In this document: piece after piece, positions 1-8,028 of the stretch
Numbering within the stretch: the stretch's first letter is position 1
Layout: each line of letters opens with the position of its first letter
Virus genome (UHGV): UHGV-0173986
DNA from: a virus
DNA length: 46,299 bases
Reading direction: 5' to 3' (one strand)
Program-made: the position numbers and the translations under genes
The notes under the pieces: model-generated
What the model saw: only the letters and a program-made list of their open reading frames with translations
The model's database searches: none
What the model was told of the DNA's origin: nothing

Positions 1-162
1 CTGCGCCACATGCAGTGGTTCGAAGCCGCAGACCTGATCGTCAAAGGCATGGAAGGCGCTATCGCCGCCAAGACCGTAACCTATGACTTCGAACGACTGA
101 TGGAAGGCGCTAAGCTGCTGAAATGTAGCGAGTTTGGCGACGCGATTATCGCGAACATGTAA
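1..162 (+). CDS. icd: 3' end of isocitrate dehydrogenase (partial CDS, C-terminal 53 aa plus stop); phage attachment target
   Basis: In-frame translation ...[45 protein letters not shown] matches the conserved Icd C-terminus. e14-type phages integrate in the icd 3' end. Confidence 0.9.
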   Translation: MRHMQWFEAADLIVKGMEGAIAAKTVTYDFERLMEGAKLLKCSEFGDAIIANM

Positions 163-185
163 TCTGGCCCCCAGATTATGTCAGA

Positions 186-214
186 ACGGGAACCTGGTGG
201 TTCCCGTTTTTATT
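186..214 (+). terminator. Rho-independent terminator downstream of icd
   Basis: acgggaacc-tggt-ggttcccgt hairpin followed by TTTTTATT. Confidence 0.75.
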
Positions 215-228
215 ATTAGTTTTCGAAC

Positions 229-263
229 GGTTATCAAAATTTTATCAAAACAAGTTATCAAAA
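229..263. repeat. Three direct copies of (G)TTATCAAAA spaced about 12 bp apart, between the att/icd junction and int; candidate arm-type integrase or accessory-factor sites
   Basis: ggTTATCAAAAttt TATCAAAAcaag TTATCAAAAccc read directly from the sequence. Position next to the int 3' end is typical of attL P-arm sites. Confidence 0.4.
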
Positions 264-279
264 CCCCTCCCGAAAAACC

Positions 280-1407
280 TCATAAGGCCACAGTTGTCCA
301 CCCCTTCCCTCGATCATCATGGTACCTATCCGTTTGTTGTTGAGTTTTATGTCCAAGTAAATCTTTCGTGTTTATGCCCTGGGCTTTATATAACCGCTCG
401 GAAAGCGATCTTTGTTCATGGAAAGTTGCCGGTGTACCTTGTCCCCAGTCAATATCTGCACTGTCTCTTGCCTTGCTGAAATTCATGGTCAGTGTTCTGG
501 GTTTCACCTGTGCTCCTCGCTCAGCCTGTGAGGTGGTTCTAAAGAAATGAACCAAATAAGGGCTTACTGCATAATCCCGGCAACGACTGATTACATCTCG
601 GAGGCTCCAGTTGATTGCGTTGCAACGCAGAGCTAATGGTATAGCGATTTTGCTTCCGGTTTTCTCTTGCTCAACGTGTAGATGATCGTCCCAGATGTCC
701 GAGAATTTCATACGGGATATATCACCTAGTCGCTGTCCTGTTACTATGGCTAAAAGCATGGCGTTCCCCATGTATTTGTGATTTTCATCTGCTATATCAA
801 AAATCTTTTGCCATTCCTCCAGAGTGAGGCGCTGGCGAGTGATTTTTCTACGAGGTTGTTTAGTTGCTAGTGCAGGGTTATAACCAGGAGGTACTTCACC
901 CGCATGCTGAGCTTCTTTAAAAACATCTATTAGGACAGAGCGAATGACCTGAGCCATTCTGGGTTGTCCCTCCGCTAAATATTCATCAAGAATTTGCGCA
1001 ACATCTCGAACATTGACAGCGGATATTAATTTCATTCCTACCCGTTCCTTAAGCAGAGATACTGGTTTTGCTTTTTGTTTGATAGTGTTTTCTTTAATAT
1101 CTCCGGACTTTAATCTTTCCTGCTGAATCTTCCAGTAGCGCTCAAGCCAGGTGTTAGTTGATATTGCTTTTCCTGTGCTGGTGGAAATTCTGTCAGTGAT
1201 TGCCATTATCTGGCGGGTTTGTTGTTCCGCCAGTCTTTTATTTGCTTCAATAGCTATTGCCGAGGCCTCTGCTTCGTCTGTTCCTAGACTATGAAACTTA
1301 CCAGTTATCGGGTGCTTATAACGCCAGTATACTTTATTAACCTTTCTACTGAAGAGCGGGTATAAATTTGGAATTGATATGTTATTTTTACGTGGTCTGG
1401 CAGCCAT
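280..1407 (-). CDS. int: Phage tyrosine integrase (e14 IntE-like, icd-specific)
   Basis: 375-aa ORF with the C-terminal tyrosine recombinase catalytic region (...HLGHKTQQQTDRYHDD...). Adjacent to the icd 3' end and overlaps xis. Confidence 0.9.
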   Translation of the reverse strand: MAARPRKNNISIPNLYPLFSRKVNKVYWRYKHPITGKFHSLGTDEAEASAIAIEANKRLAEQQTRQIMAITDRISTSTGKAISTNTWLERYWKIQQERLKSGDIKENTIKQKAKPVSLLKERVGMKLISAVNVRDVAQILDEYLAEGQPRMAQVIRSVLIDVFKEAQHAGEVPPGYNPALATKQPRRKITRQRLTLEEWQKIFDIADENHKYMGNAMLLAIVTGQRLGDISRMKFSDIWDDHLHVEQEKTGSKIAIPLALRCNAINWSLRDVISRCRDYAVSPYLVHFFRTTSQAERGAQVKPRTLTMNFSKARDSADIDWGQGTPATFHEQRSLSERLYKAQGINTKDLLGHKTQQQTDRYHDDRGKGWTTVAL

Positions 1408-1657
1408 CGTTCAAAATCCTCTGCAAAAGAACAGGGTCGCTTTTCTTTACTACAGGAGTGGTCAATGTACCAACCAACTCAGCATCCTCCCTGACGCGCC
1501 AGAATCGACCTTCTTTTTTGGCTGGGGGAGAAAACATATTCTGTTTAGCATAATTCCTGAGAGTGGAAACACTTGGAGGATTGCTTCTGTATTTCTCGTT
1601 TGCCCACTCTTCAAGGGTTAACATCTGGAGCATATGTTTTACCTCATTATGATCCAT
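1388..1657 (-). CDS. xis: Excisionase (Xis-like DNA-binding protein)
   Basis: 89-aa ORF overlapping the int start by 20 nt. The ...MLTLEEWANEKYR...PPAKKEGRFWRVRE motif resembles lambda/e14 Xis winged-helix excisionases. Confidence 0.6.
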   Translation of the reverse strand: MDHNEVKHMLQMLTLEEWANEKYRSNPPSVSTLRNYAKQNMFSPPAKKEGRFWRVREDAELVGTLTTPVVKKSDPVLLQRILNDGCQTT

Positions 1658-1684
1658 TGCTGGGCCAGCATATGAAAATAAAAA

Positions 1685-2049
1685 ATCAGTTTTGTATCAA
1701 TTTTTGGAGTACCAGATTGCTCGCAATTATTCGCTGCCATATTGCTGATACATAGCGGGCCTTATGAATAGCATCAGCGAGGGCATTGTGACGATCGCCT
1801 TCTAACGGGATCGTTGTTTTGGGGTCGAAGCTAATGGCCTGGCCGAGCTCTACCATCGTTCGCACGTCCCGATCGTTCCAGTATTCCCACGGATAATCTT
1901 CAGTAATGCAATCGTAAGAAGAACGCAGAATAGAGTTATCGAATTTTGCGCTCGGCGCGAGAATCGGATTTAGCAGAGAACCAGCAGAAGAGACTTTTCG
2001 CTTCGTTTGCTTTTGCCTTCGCTTTAATGAGATACGGGTAGTTGTTCAT
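1685..2049 (-). pseudogene. DEDDh (DnaQ-like) 3'-5' exonuclease C-terminal remnant, interrupted by a frameshift at an A4 run
   Basis: ATG at 2049 (rc) follows an AAGGAG RBS and gives MNNYPYLIKAKAKANEAKS... then stops after 37 codons. The +1 frame continues ...YDCITEDYPWEYWNDRDVRTMVELGQAISFDPKTTIPLEGDRHNALADAIHKARYVSAIWQ, carrying the Exo III H-x4-D motif. No Exo I/II motifs are present, so it is N-terminally truncated. Confidence 0.35.
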
Positions 2050-2113
2050 TGCGTTTGGGCTCCTTTGGATTGTAAGATACCCGGCAGCTGATGGCAGCCG
2101 CCCTGGTGGTGGT

Positions 2114-2133
2114 CATTGGTCAAAACTCGATTC
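2114..2133. repeat. 20-nt exact direct repeat cattggtcaaaactcgattc (copy 1 of 2 flanking the Rrf2 gene; related copies at 5105 and 6627)
   Basis: Exact 20/20 identity with 2560-2579. On the minus strand it reads gaatcgagttttgaccaATG upstream of gene starts. Confidence 0.8.
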
Positions 2134-2190
2134 CGGAAAGCTTTGGTCGGCTGACCGGGTACTTAACCCGCCTTGCGCGGGTTTTGTGCT

Positions 2191-2535
2191 TTATGGGGCT
2201 GGCGAATCGCCCCGCAGCAGCTGTGATACGCGAACGTCGTCAAGCGCTCGCAGGATAGGCTCAAAAGTTTTATGGGCTGGCAGTTTAGATACCGCAGTGA
2301 TCACTTCTGTAACGGTGATGTCATCGCCGCGGGGGCTATAACCACCACCTGGGCCACGCTGTGAAATTACCAGGTTACCCGCCCGCAGCTTTTTGAAGAT
2401 CTGCTCAAGGTATGAAGTAGACAGCTTTGACTCTTTACTGATGGCCGTTAGTGAAACGGGCGAGCCGTCATAGAGCTTATTCAAAGTGGCGGCGGCCTGG
2501 ACAGATGCCAGAACGCGTTTCATTCCAAATTCCAT
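2191..2535 (-). CDS. Rrf2-family winged-helix transcriptional regulator (no Cys cluster, so not an Fe-S sensor)
   Basis: ...SLTAISKESKLSTSYLEQIFKKLRAGNLVISQRGPGGGYSPRGDDITVTEVI matches the Rrf2/IscR HTH and wing (...[31 protein letters not shown]...). Start chosen at MEFGMKRV for its GGAGAAG RBS. Confidence 0.7.
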   Translation of the reverse strand: MEFGMKRVLASVQAAATLNKLYDGSPVSLTAISKESKLSTSYLEQIFKKLRAGNLVISQRGPGGGYSPRGDDITVTEVITAVSKLPAHKTFEPILRALDDVRVSQLLRGDSPAP

Positions 2536-2559
2536 AATCACTTCTCCGGCCGTAACGGC

Positions 2560-2579
2560 CATTGGTCAAAACTCGATTC
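2560..2579. repeat. 20-nt exact direct repeat cattggtcaaaactcgattc (copy 2)
   Basis: Identical to 2114-2133. Lies 25 nt upstream of the Rrf2 start on the minus strand. Confidence 0.8.
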
Positions 2580-2772
2580 AAAAACTCACTGCAGGCTGTT
2601 GGTCGTCAGCCATGTTTTGTGCATTTCGGTAGGGGAGGCACTGGCCCTGTACTTTTTGTTCATCGGCGTTTCTGTTGCAACTGGCCTCTGATGGATAAAC
2701 ACCGATCAGAACATCAGAGCATTCACCAGTGAGAGCACAAACGCTGATGACAAGGGCAAACAGGGTATTCAT
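2578..2772 (-). CDS. Small secreted/lipoprotein-like hypothetical protein (64 aa)
   Basis: N-terminal signal-like segment MNTLFALVISVCALTGEC. GAGGCTGAGG RBS upstream. Confidence 0.35.
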   Translation of the reverse strand: MNTLFALVISVCALTGECSDVLIGVYPSEASCNRNADEQKVQGQCLPYRNAQNMADDQQPAVSF

Positions 2773-3162
2773 GCCTCAGCCTCAGGGTTTCCTTTCTGCG
2801 CCAGCAAGTAACACAGCTGGCGTAGTCTCACCTCGAACCAGTTCAGGCGGGTCGCCTGGTTCCCGGTAGGTACTCGGGCAAAATCCTTCATAGTTATCTC
2901 CAGTTAACTCAGTATTAGGATGTGGTTTTGCAATGCGGCGCCGGGTGCCTCCCGGTGACGGCAGCCAGTTAACAACTACCGCCGACAACTTTTTCCCCAC
3001 AACGTGTGAATAACCGCCATGTTTACTTTTTTAACTGTGTCGCGTGCGCATAGCCGCATTCACCGCATTGCAAAACCTACTAGTCGTGATGCCTGTCTTT
3101 TCACCACTTCAGGCTCGGTGGTATTCTTGGCGCTCTCACACAGCCAAATAAAAGAGAGCAAA

Positions 3163-3477
3163 ATGTCTCGTAGTCCTATACCTGTCTTCTGGTACGAAAA
3201 TCCCGCTCACTATGAAGAATTCCAAAAAATCCTTTCAGATGCTTACGTCCTTCCCTTTGACTACCACGACTGGCGTATCCGCACCGATAGCATGGTGGAG
3301 CGCTACGAAAACAGCGGTATCCAGGCTGTGAAGGTGGTAGCCAGCACTTACGATTTCATCACCTGGTGCCAGGCCCATGGACGTGATATCAGTACCAAAA
3401 GCTGCAATGATTACGCGGTCTCCGAATCGGGCCTCCAAATCCTGCGCGACAGAGAGTTTGATTGGGGAGACGAGTAA
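3163..3477 (+). CDS. Hypothetical protein (104 aa), rightward gene in the leftward module
   Basis: ATG with AAAGAGAGC RBS gives MSRSPIPVFWYENPAHYEEF... I recognise no family. Confidence 0.5.
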   Translation: MSRSPIPVFWYENPAHYEEFQKILSDAYVLPFDYHDWRIRTDSMVERYENSGIQAVKVVASTYDFITWCQAHGRDISTKSCNDYAVSESGLQILRDREFDWGDE

Positions 3478-3757
3478 AAAGTAAATTTTCCCTATCTTGG
3501 ATATATCTATTCTCATAGCGATGTCCTATCTCAGGCCTGTAACGCCGGCCGGCGGAACGTTATAACCTGCTGCGAATTCTTCTTATCGTCATCTCATCCG
3601 GTGTTTCGTATGCCGCCGGCAGCTACTTCGTGGGCTTCCTGCCTCGATGACTGAATTTGTAATATCAGACTACAAATAAATATGTCAATTATCAATGTTT
3701 TTATGACACAAAAAATGGATATGATTGTTTTTGTGTGAGATTTGGTGATTTTTGGGT

Positions 3758-3783
3758 ATAAAAAAAGCCGCTGTTAGCGGCCT
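3758..3783 (-). terminator. Rho-independent terminator downstream of the repressor gene (could act in both directions)
   Basis: Minus-strand reading ggccgctaacagcggc followed by TTTTTTT. Confidence 0.7.
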
Positions 3784-3798
3784 TCTCAGTGGCAAGAT

Positions 3799-4203
3799 TT
3801 AGTCTTTTTCGAATGGAGGGGGGATTTTTCGCTTACTCAGGAACTCAGCCATAAACCGATCTAACTCTTCCAGTCGCGTTCTCGCTAGTTCAATAAATCT
3901 GTCCTGCTCCACTTCAGGAAGTTGATCAAATACTTCTAATAACTCTAATTGCTTCTGATTTAGTACTGTTTTGCTGGCTGTGACAGCCTGTAATGAAGAC
4001 TCTTCTTCATCCGTCATAAAGAACCAATACAGTGGTTTTCCAAGTGCTTGCGGGAATAACTCTAACTTTTCCTTTCGCGGGAAGTTACCTGTATTGCACC
4101 AGTTACTGACTGTCTGAGAGTTTACACCCACTCGCCGGCCTAACTCAGATTGAGATATACCAGCCTCATCAAGAGCTCTTAACAGCCGTTCTTCGAAGTT
4201 CAT
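3799..4203 (-). CDS. DicA-like (XRE-family HTH) prophage repressor
   Basis: MNFEERLLRALDEAGISQSELGRRVGVNSQTVSNWC... HTH, and the C-terminal ...LNQKQLELLEVFDQLPEVEQDRFIELARTRLEELDRF resembles Qin DicA (...LSPKELELLELFNALPESEQDTQLAEMRARV...). Divergent from a cro-like gene. Confidence 0.7.
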   Translation of the reverse strand: MNFEERLLRALDEAGISQSELGRRVGVNSQTVSNWCNTGNFPRKEKLELFPQALGKPLYWFFMTDEEESSLQAVTASKTVLNQKQLELLEVFDQLPEVEQDRFIELARTRLEELDRFMAEFLSKRKIPPPFEKD

Positions 4204-4236
4204 ATTCGCATCCAAATCAAACCAGTAACCAAGCAT

Positions 4237-4324
4237 ACAAAGTTTCTTAGTACTTGTGACTGATTAAGTTTCTTGACATTGACAAATTATTTATCAAATA
4301 TGTGACAAATTTTTAGGAGGAAAC
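4237..4324. promoter_or_regulatory. Immunity-switch intergenic region with divergent promoters and repeated TTGACA/TGTGAC operator half-sites
   Basis: acttgTGACtgattaagtttcTTGACAtTGACAaattatttatcaaatatgTGACAaattttt AGGAGG aaac ATG. Several TGAC(A) half-sites, a TTGACA -35 and a strong RBS for cro. Confidence 0.6.
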
Positions 4325-4549
4325 ATGCAAGAAACCGTTCAAAAGAAAATCATTTCCCTTTGTGGCAGTCAATCTGAACTAGCTCGCCGTTTGGGGAAGA
4401 ATTCTCAAACAGTATCGGTTTGGTTTCGAACTCAGGTTGCAAGTACTGAGGTACTCAACGCATGCAGGGTTCTGGATTGGCAAGTAACGCCTCATGAGCT
4501 TAGACCCGATCTTTACCCAAACCCGACTGACGGACTTCCAAAGGACTAA
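4325..4549 (+). CDS. Cro-like regulator of the DicC/YdaS family
   Basis: 74 aa, ...SLCGSQSELARRLGKNSQTVSVWF... HTH. C-terminus ...LDWQVTPHELRPDLYP resembles the DicC/YdaS family. AGGAGG RBS. Confidence 0.7.
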   Translation: MQETVQKKIISLCGSQSELARRLGKNSQTVSVWFRTQVASTEVLNACRVLDWQVTPHELRPDLYPNPTDGLPKD

Positions 4550-4551
4550 AC

Positions 4552-5106
4552 ATGCAAACCATATCTTTCAAAAATCATACTTCTATGTTGGGTATGCAAC
4601 AGAAAACGGAAAATCAGTATTCACCACGGCGTCGGGACAGCGTTAAGTGCCGGACCATCTTTGCAGCAGTTCGTGAGTGGGAGGCAACCTTACCCGGGCG
4701 CGCGCAGGAGCACGTCGCACAGCTGGTGGCCGAACAGTGGGAGAAACAAGACGGTCGCGGCATCAGCGTTAATAAACAAAATCTGTACCGCTACCTGAAA
4801 AACGAATCTGGATCAGAGAAGTACACCAGTTACGTCATGCAGCTTTCAGGAGCGATCGCTGATGCAATGCCTATTGAGATTGCGCGCAAACACGGATTGA
4901 AACGTGGATTGACTGAAAGCGAGCTGGTGGCTCAAGCAATCAAAGAGTGTAGCGAAGCGCACCAGGCAAAATTGCTTGGCGCTCCGTTGCAAAAGTTAGA
5001 GCGTGAAATTCGGGAGGCAGCAATTGCACTTTTTAACATGCTTCCTGCAGATGCGGCGGGACCACTACTGGCGAGCATAAGCGCCGTAGCGCCACAGTTT
5101 TTTTAA
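4552..5106 (+). CDS. CII-position regulatory protein (YmfL-like, e14 family); function uncertain
   Basis: 184-aa ORF directly after cro, similar in size and position to e14 YmfL. No motif I could confirm. Confidence 0.4.
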   Translation: MQTISFKNHTSMLGMQQKTENQYSPRRRDSVKCRTIFAAVREWEATLPGRAQEHVAQLVAEQWEKQDGRGISVNKQNLYRYLKNESGSEKYTSYVMQLSGAIADAMPIEIARKHGLKRGLTESELVAQAIKECSEAHQAKLLGAPLQKLEREIREAAIALFNMLPADAAGPLLASISAVAPQFF

Positions 5107-5150
5107 TCGAGTTTTGACAATGAGTACCGTACAGAAAATAGGGGGGCTTC

Positions 5151-6170
5151 ATGAGCATTGATGCAATGCGATGGGCCAAAAAAGTCAAGACAGGGAAGTC
5201 CTCTGCAAAAGCTGTTCTGACCTGGATGGCCGACATGTGCGGAGCTGATCTCTGTGCTTTTCCATCCATTCCTGCGCTGGCTGAAGCAACTGAGCTGGAT
5301 AAGAAAACGGTCCAGTCGAGCCTGCAGTATCTGGTTTCGATCGGGCTTATTGAAGATACAGGTGAACGGCGTGGAAAGACTAAACAAATCCCGGTTTACA
5401 GGCTTCTTGGTGTGGAAGAAAGCGTTGCCGAAATTGAACACACCCAAAAACGGGAACATTACCAAAAACGGGATCGTTTAAACACACCCGAAAACGGGGT
5501 TGTTACAGCAGAAAAGGCACCCGAAAAAGGGACTGTTTCCTGTACACAAAAAAAACAAACGATCCCGTTTTTTCCGTCAAACGATCCCAAAAACGGGATC
5601 CGGAATCTACCAGAGGAACCAAAAGATATAACCCCCACACATAGGGTTTTGGTCGGACCAGTTGTGCCTGACTATCCGAATCAACCGGGAATAGTTCCTG
5701 GTGAAACACAAGCATTCGGAAAATTTGCGATGTATTTCGGGTGGAAACCTTCCGAGGATTTTCCCCGACTGGCAACGATTTGGGGAATGCCATTAAGACC
5801 GGGGATAAATCTTGCTGCCGAGTTAAGCAGCTTCATCGCGTACTGGCAGGCTGAAGGCAGGGCGTTTCACCAGGTCCAGTGGGAGCAAAAACTAGCAAGA
5901 CATCTTAACCGTGCGGAAGTCCGCCAGAAAAAACCAGTGAATGGGGGTAACGATCATGTGGGAGTACGAGCAGAGCCAGCAGCATCCAGAGCTGTTCAAC
6001 AGATTCGAGCCGCCCGTGAGCAACGGTTGCGAGTTGCAGGAACAGACGGCCGTAGAAACGGCGTGGCGCCTATGGGAAGTGATGGGCGAAATCTTTTCGA
6101 ACCGATGGATCCTGAAGAACGGAGAGGAACCATCAGAGCTCTGGATCGCTCAGATTGGGTCGATGAGTGA
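5151..6170 (+). CDS. Replication initiator O-like protein (N-terminal HTH replication-protein domain plus C-terminal DnaT-like ssDNA-binding domain); contains the ori iterons
   Basis: The N-terminus [31 protein letters not shown]...[28 protein letters not shown] matches the phage replication-protein HTH. The C-terminal [63 protein letters not shown] matches the DnaT-like domain. The R/G-rich tail after about residue 260 may be out-of-frame read-through. Confidence 0.75.
   Translation: MSIDAMRWAKKVKTGKSSAKAVLTWMADMCGADLCAFPSIPALAEATELDKKTVQSSLQYLVSIGLIEDTGERRGKTKQIPVYRLLGVEESVAEIEHTQKREHYQKRDRLNTPENGVVTAEKAPEKGTVSCTQKKQTIPFFPSNDPKNGIRNLPEEPKDITPTHRVLVGPVVPDYPNQPGIVPGETQAFGKFAMYFGWKPSEDFPRLATIWGMPLRPGINLAAELSSFIAYWQAEGRAFHQVQWEQKLARHLNRAEVRQKKPVNGGNDHVGVRAEPAASRAVQQIRAAREQRLRVAGTDGRRNGVAPMGSDGRNLFEPMDPEERRGTIRALDRSDWVDE
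5443..5603. repeat. Replication-origin iterons inside the O-like gene: five or more copies of CC(A/G)AAAA(C/A)GGG(A/G)(A/T)C plus one inverted copy
   Basis: cccaaaaacgggaac, accaaaaacgggatc, cccgaaaacggggtt, cccgaaaaagggact, inverted aaacgatcccgtttttt, cccaaaaacgggatc. This is analogous to ori-lambda lying within O. Confidence 0.7.
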
Positions 6171-6627
6171 AGCCCAGATTACGCTGGTTTGCCGGCAGTG
6201 CATGGAGCGTTGCGCCGCGGGCAGCACATGGCCGCCGGATCTCGCTGAGTTCGTTGCGCTGGTATCTGCCAGCGGTGCTAACCCATTCAGTCTGACATCC
6301 GATGCAGTGATGGCGGAGTACAAACGCTGGAGAAACGAGTCTTACCGATATTCGGGAAGCGACAAATACCCATGGAAACAGGATGTTCTGTATCACATTT
6401 GCATTGAGATGCGCAGAACTGGAGTTGAGAGGAACCTGACGGAGGGAGAGCTGAAAAAACTGGCAGAAAACTTACTCACGAAATGGACCAAACACCTAGC
6501 TAACGGGTTTTCGATTCCCCCGATTCGTCGGCAGTTGGCAGCACCGAGGCATCCAGCAGGGCCGACGCCAGCGCAGGTTCTGATGGAAGAGTACAAACGC
6601 CGCAAGGCGGCAGGTTTAACCAAGTAA
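5956..6627 (+). CDS. Lambda P-like replication protein (helicase loader); 5' end overlaps the O-like ORF by about 215 nt in another frame
   Basis: ...[83 protein letters not shown] aligns with lambda P ...LPSPGQFVAWCREEASVTAGLPNVSELVDMVYEYCRKRGLYPDAESYPWKSNAHYWLVTNLYQNMRANALTDAELRRKAADEL. Start at MWEYEQ has a GGGGTAA RBS. Confidence 0.6.
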   Translation: MWEYEQSQQHPELFNRFEPPVSNGCELQEQTAVETAWRLWEVMGEIFSNRWILKNGEEPSELWIAQIGSMSEAQITLVCRQCMERCAAGSTWPPDLAEFVALVSASGANPFSLTSDAVMAEYKRWRNESYRYSGSDKYPWKQDVLYHICIEMRRTGVERNLTEGELKKLAENLLTKWTKHLANGFSIPPIRRQLAAPRHPAGPTPAQVLMEEYKRRKAAGLTK

Positions 6628-6640
6628 ACGAGTTTTGACC

Positions 6641-7081
6641 ATGACCAAACAATCAAAAACCAAAGTAACCAAAGCACAGATGGTGCTTGCTATCGTTAGT
6701 AGGACGCCAGAATGCGTCCTGCAGGATGTCTGTGATGCGCTGGACTTGCAAGCCAGTACGGCAGGTAACTTGCTGCGGCAGCTCCATGCCGCGGGAAAAC
6801 TCCATCGTACCCATAACGGTTGCCAGTATGTCTACCGAGTTGTTGCAGGCATTGAGGTTCCCGATGTTGCCCTGCCGCAGGCTGTAACACAATTATCTGA
6901 AGAGGATGTGAAAAAAATCCAGGACGCACTGGCCCTGGCGAAGACGCTGGAAGACAAAAAGCTGTGGCGCCGGGCTGCGACTGTTTACACATCGATGCTT
7001 GGGATGACTACAACAGCAAACGAACTCTGGTTGCTTGCCAAAATGCGCAACCGCTGCCTGCGCAATGCGACGAGGTGCTGA
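6641..7081 (+). CDS. Putative regulator with an N-terminal winged-helix-like region and a C-terminal PerC-like motif
   Basis: ...LEDKKLWRRAATVYTSMLGMTTTANELWLLAKMRNRCL matches the PerC-family WRRAA...W signature. The start codon is embedded in the recurring cgagttttgaccATG motif. Confidence 0.4.
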   Translation: MTKQSKTKVTKAQMVLAIVSRTPECVLQDVCDALDLQASTAGNLLRQLHAAGKLHRTHNGCQYVYRVVAGIEVPDVALPQAVTQLSEEDVKKIQDALALAKTLEDKKLWRRAATVYTSMLGMTTTANELWLLAKMRNRCLRNATRC

Positions 7082-7293
7082 TTATGCCTAAAATGGAATC
7101 AACAGCATCTGGTACGGGATGTCAAAGCTAAGTTCAAATATTCCGGGATGAGGCAAAGCTGAGATGTCCGCTGAGTGCCAGGAGCAGACATTAAGGAAAT
7201 TGTGATATTTTGAGTGATGACAAGCCGTTTCCACTCAATTTTTAATTCTCAACACGCCCACTGCTGCAACTCCAGAAAATGATAGATATAATG

Positions 7294-7552
7294 TTCACAC
7301 ATTTACTTTATTAATGCTTCTCGCTGAGCGTTGCCGCATAACGCTCGGTGGATAGGCATTGATGCGTTTCAAAGCTCTGCTAAACACTGCCTGTGAGGCA
7401 TAGCCGAGGCGGAGAGCGACTGTGTAAATTAAGTTCTTATCGTGAATAATTAAGTGGCCAGCGAGACGCATTCGTACTTCTCTTGCATAGCGTTGGACAC
7501 GCTGCTGAACGGAGTAATGGTTGTGACGGCCATTGCCACCTCAGTCGCGGCA
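7294..7552 (-). pseudogene. C-terminal remnant of an AraC/XylS-family regulator (HTH_18 half only)
   Basis: Minus-strand translation ...YAREVRMRLAGHLIIHDKNLIYTVALRLGYASQAVFSRALKRINAYPPSVMRQRSARSIN is the second AraC HTH. An upstream in-frame stop is present and no N-terminal domain. Embedded in AT-rich DNA. Confidence 0.5.
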
Positions 7553-8028
7553 CTGACCCCAAGAAGAAGTCATTTGTTGCGATGACAAGTGGCTTGGAAA
7601 ACTATATAGACGTGATGAGATCTCAATGGGTATTGCTCACAGCCTTGAAAGAGGAGGTCTTCTTCGAAAAAAAATCAATGGCCTAGTTTTGATTGATAGC
7701 TACGCCCTGATCAATAGGTTGGGCTTCGGTGAAGCCCGGAGTGATTTGTGCAATGGGTGTTTGCAGAAAATTGAGAATGCTTAGGCCGAATGACCAAAAA
7801 TCAGAAAGTCTTTTTGGGGGCGGGAGCGCCATCTTCTGTAAAGCTTGCGGTCCATATGATGGCATACTGGCTTGTGGCGCGACTCTTCTGTCACTAGGCA
7901 GCGTACTGTGTACTAAGCATTACGTCCAGACTCGTCTTAAGAAGATGGCACTCATTCCTCGAGGTCAAGAAGCGCGGAAAAAAGACGAAGCGATGCCAGG
8001 AGGACAATGGTCAGTGATGATCCAGTAG

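Noticed and set aside
7483-7686. 67-aa plus-strand ORF
   Set aside because: Lies opposite the AraC HTH remnant, whose reading frame explains the sequence conservation better. No RBS.
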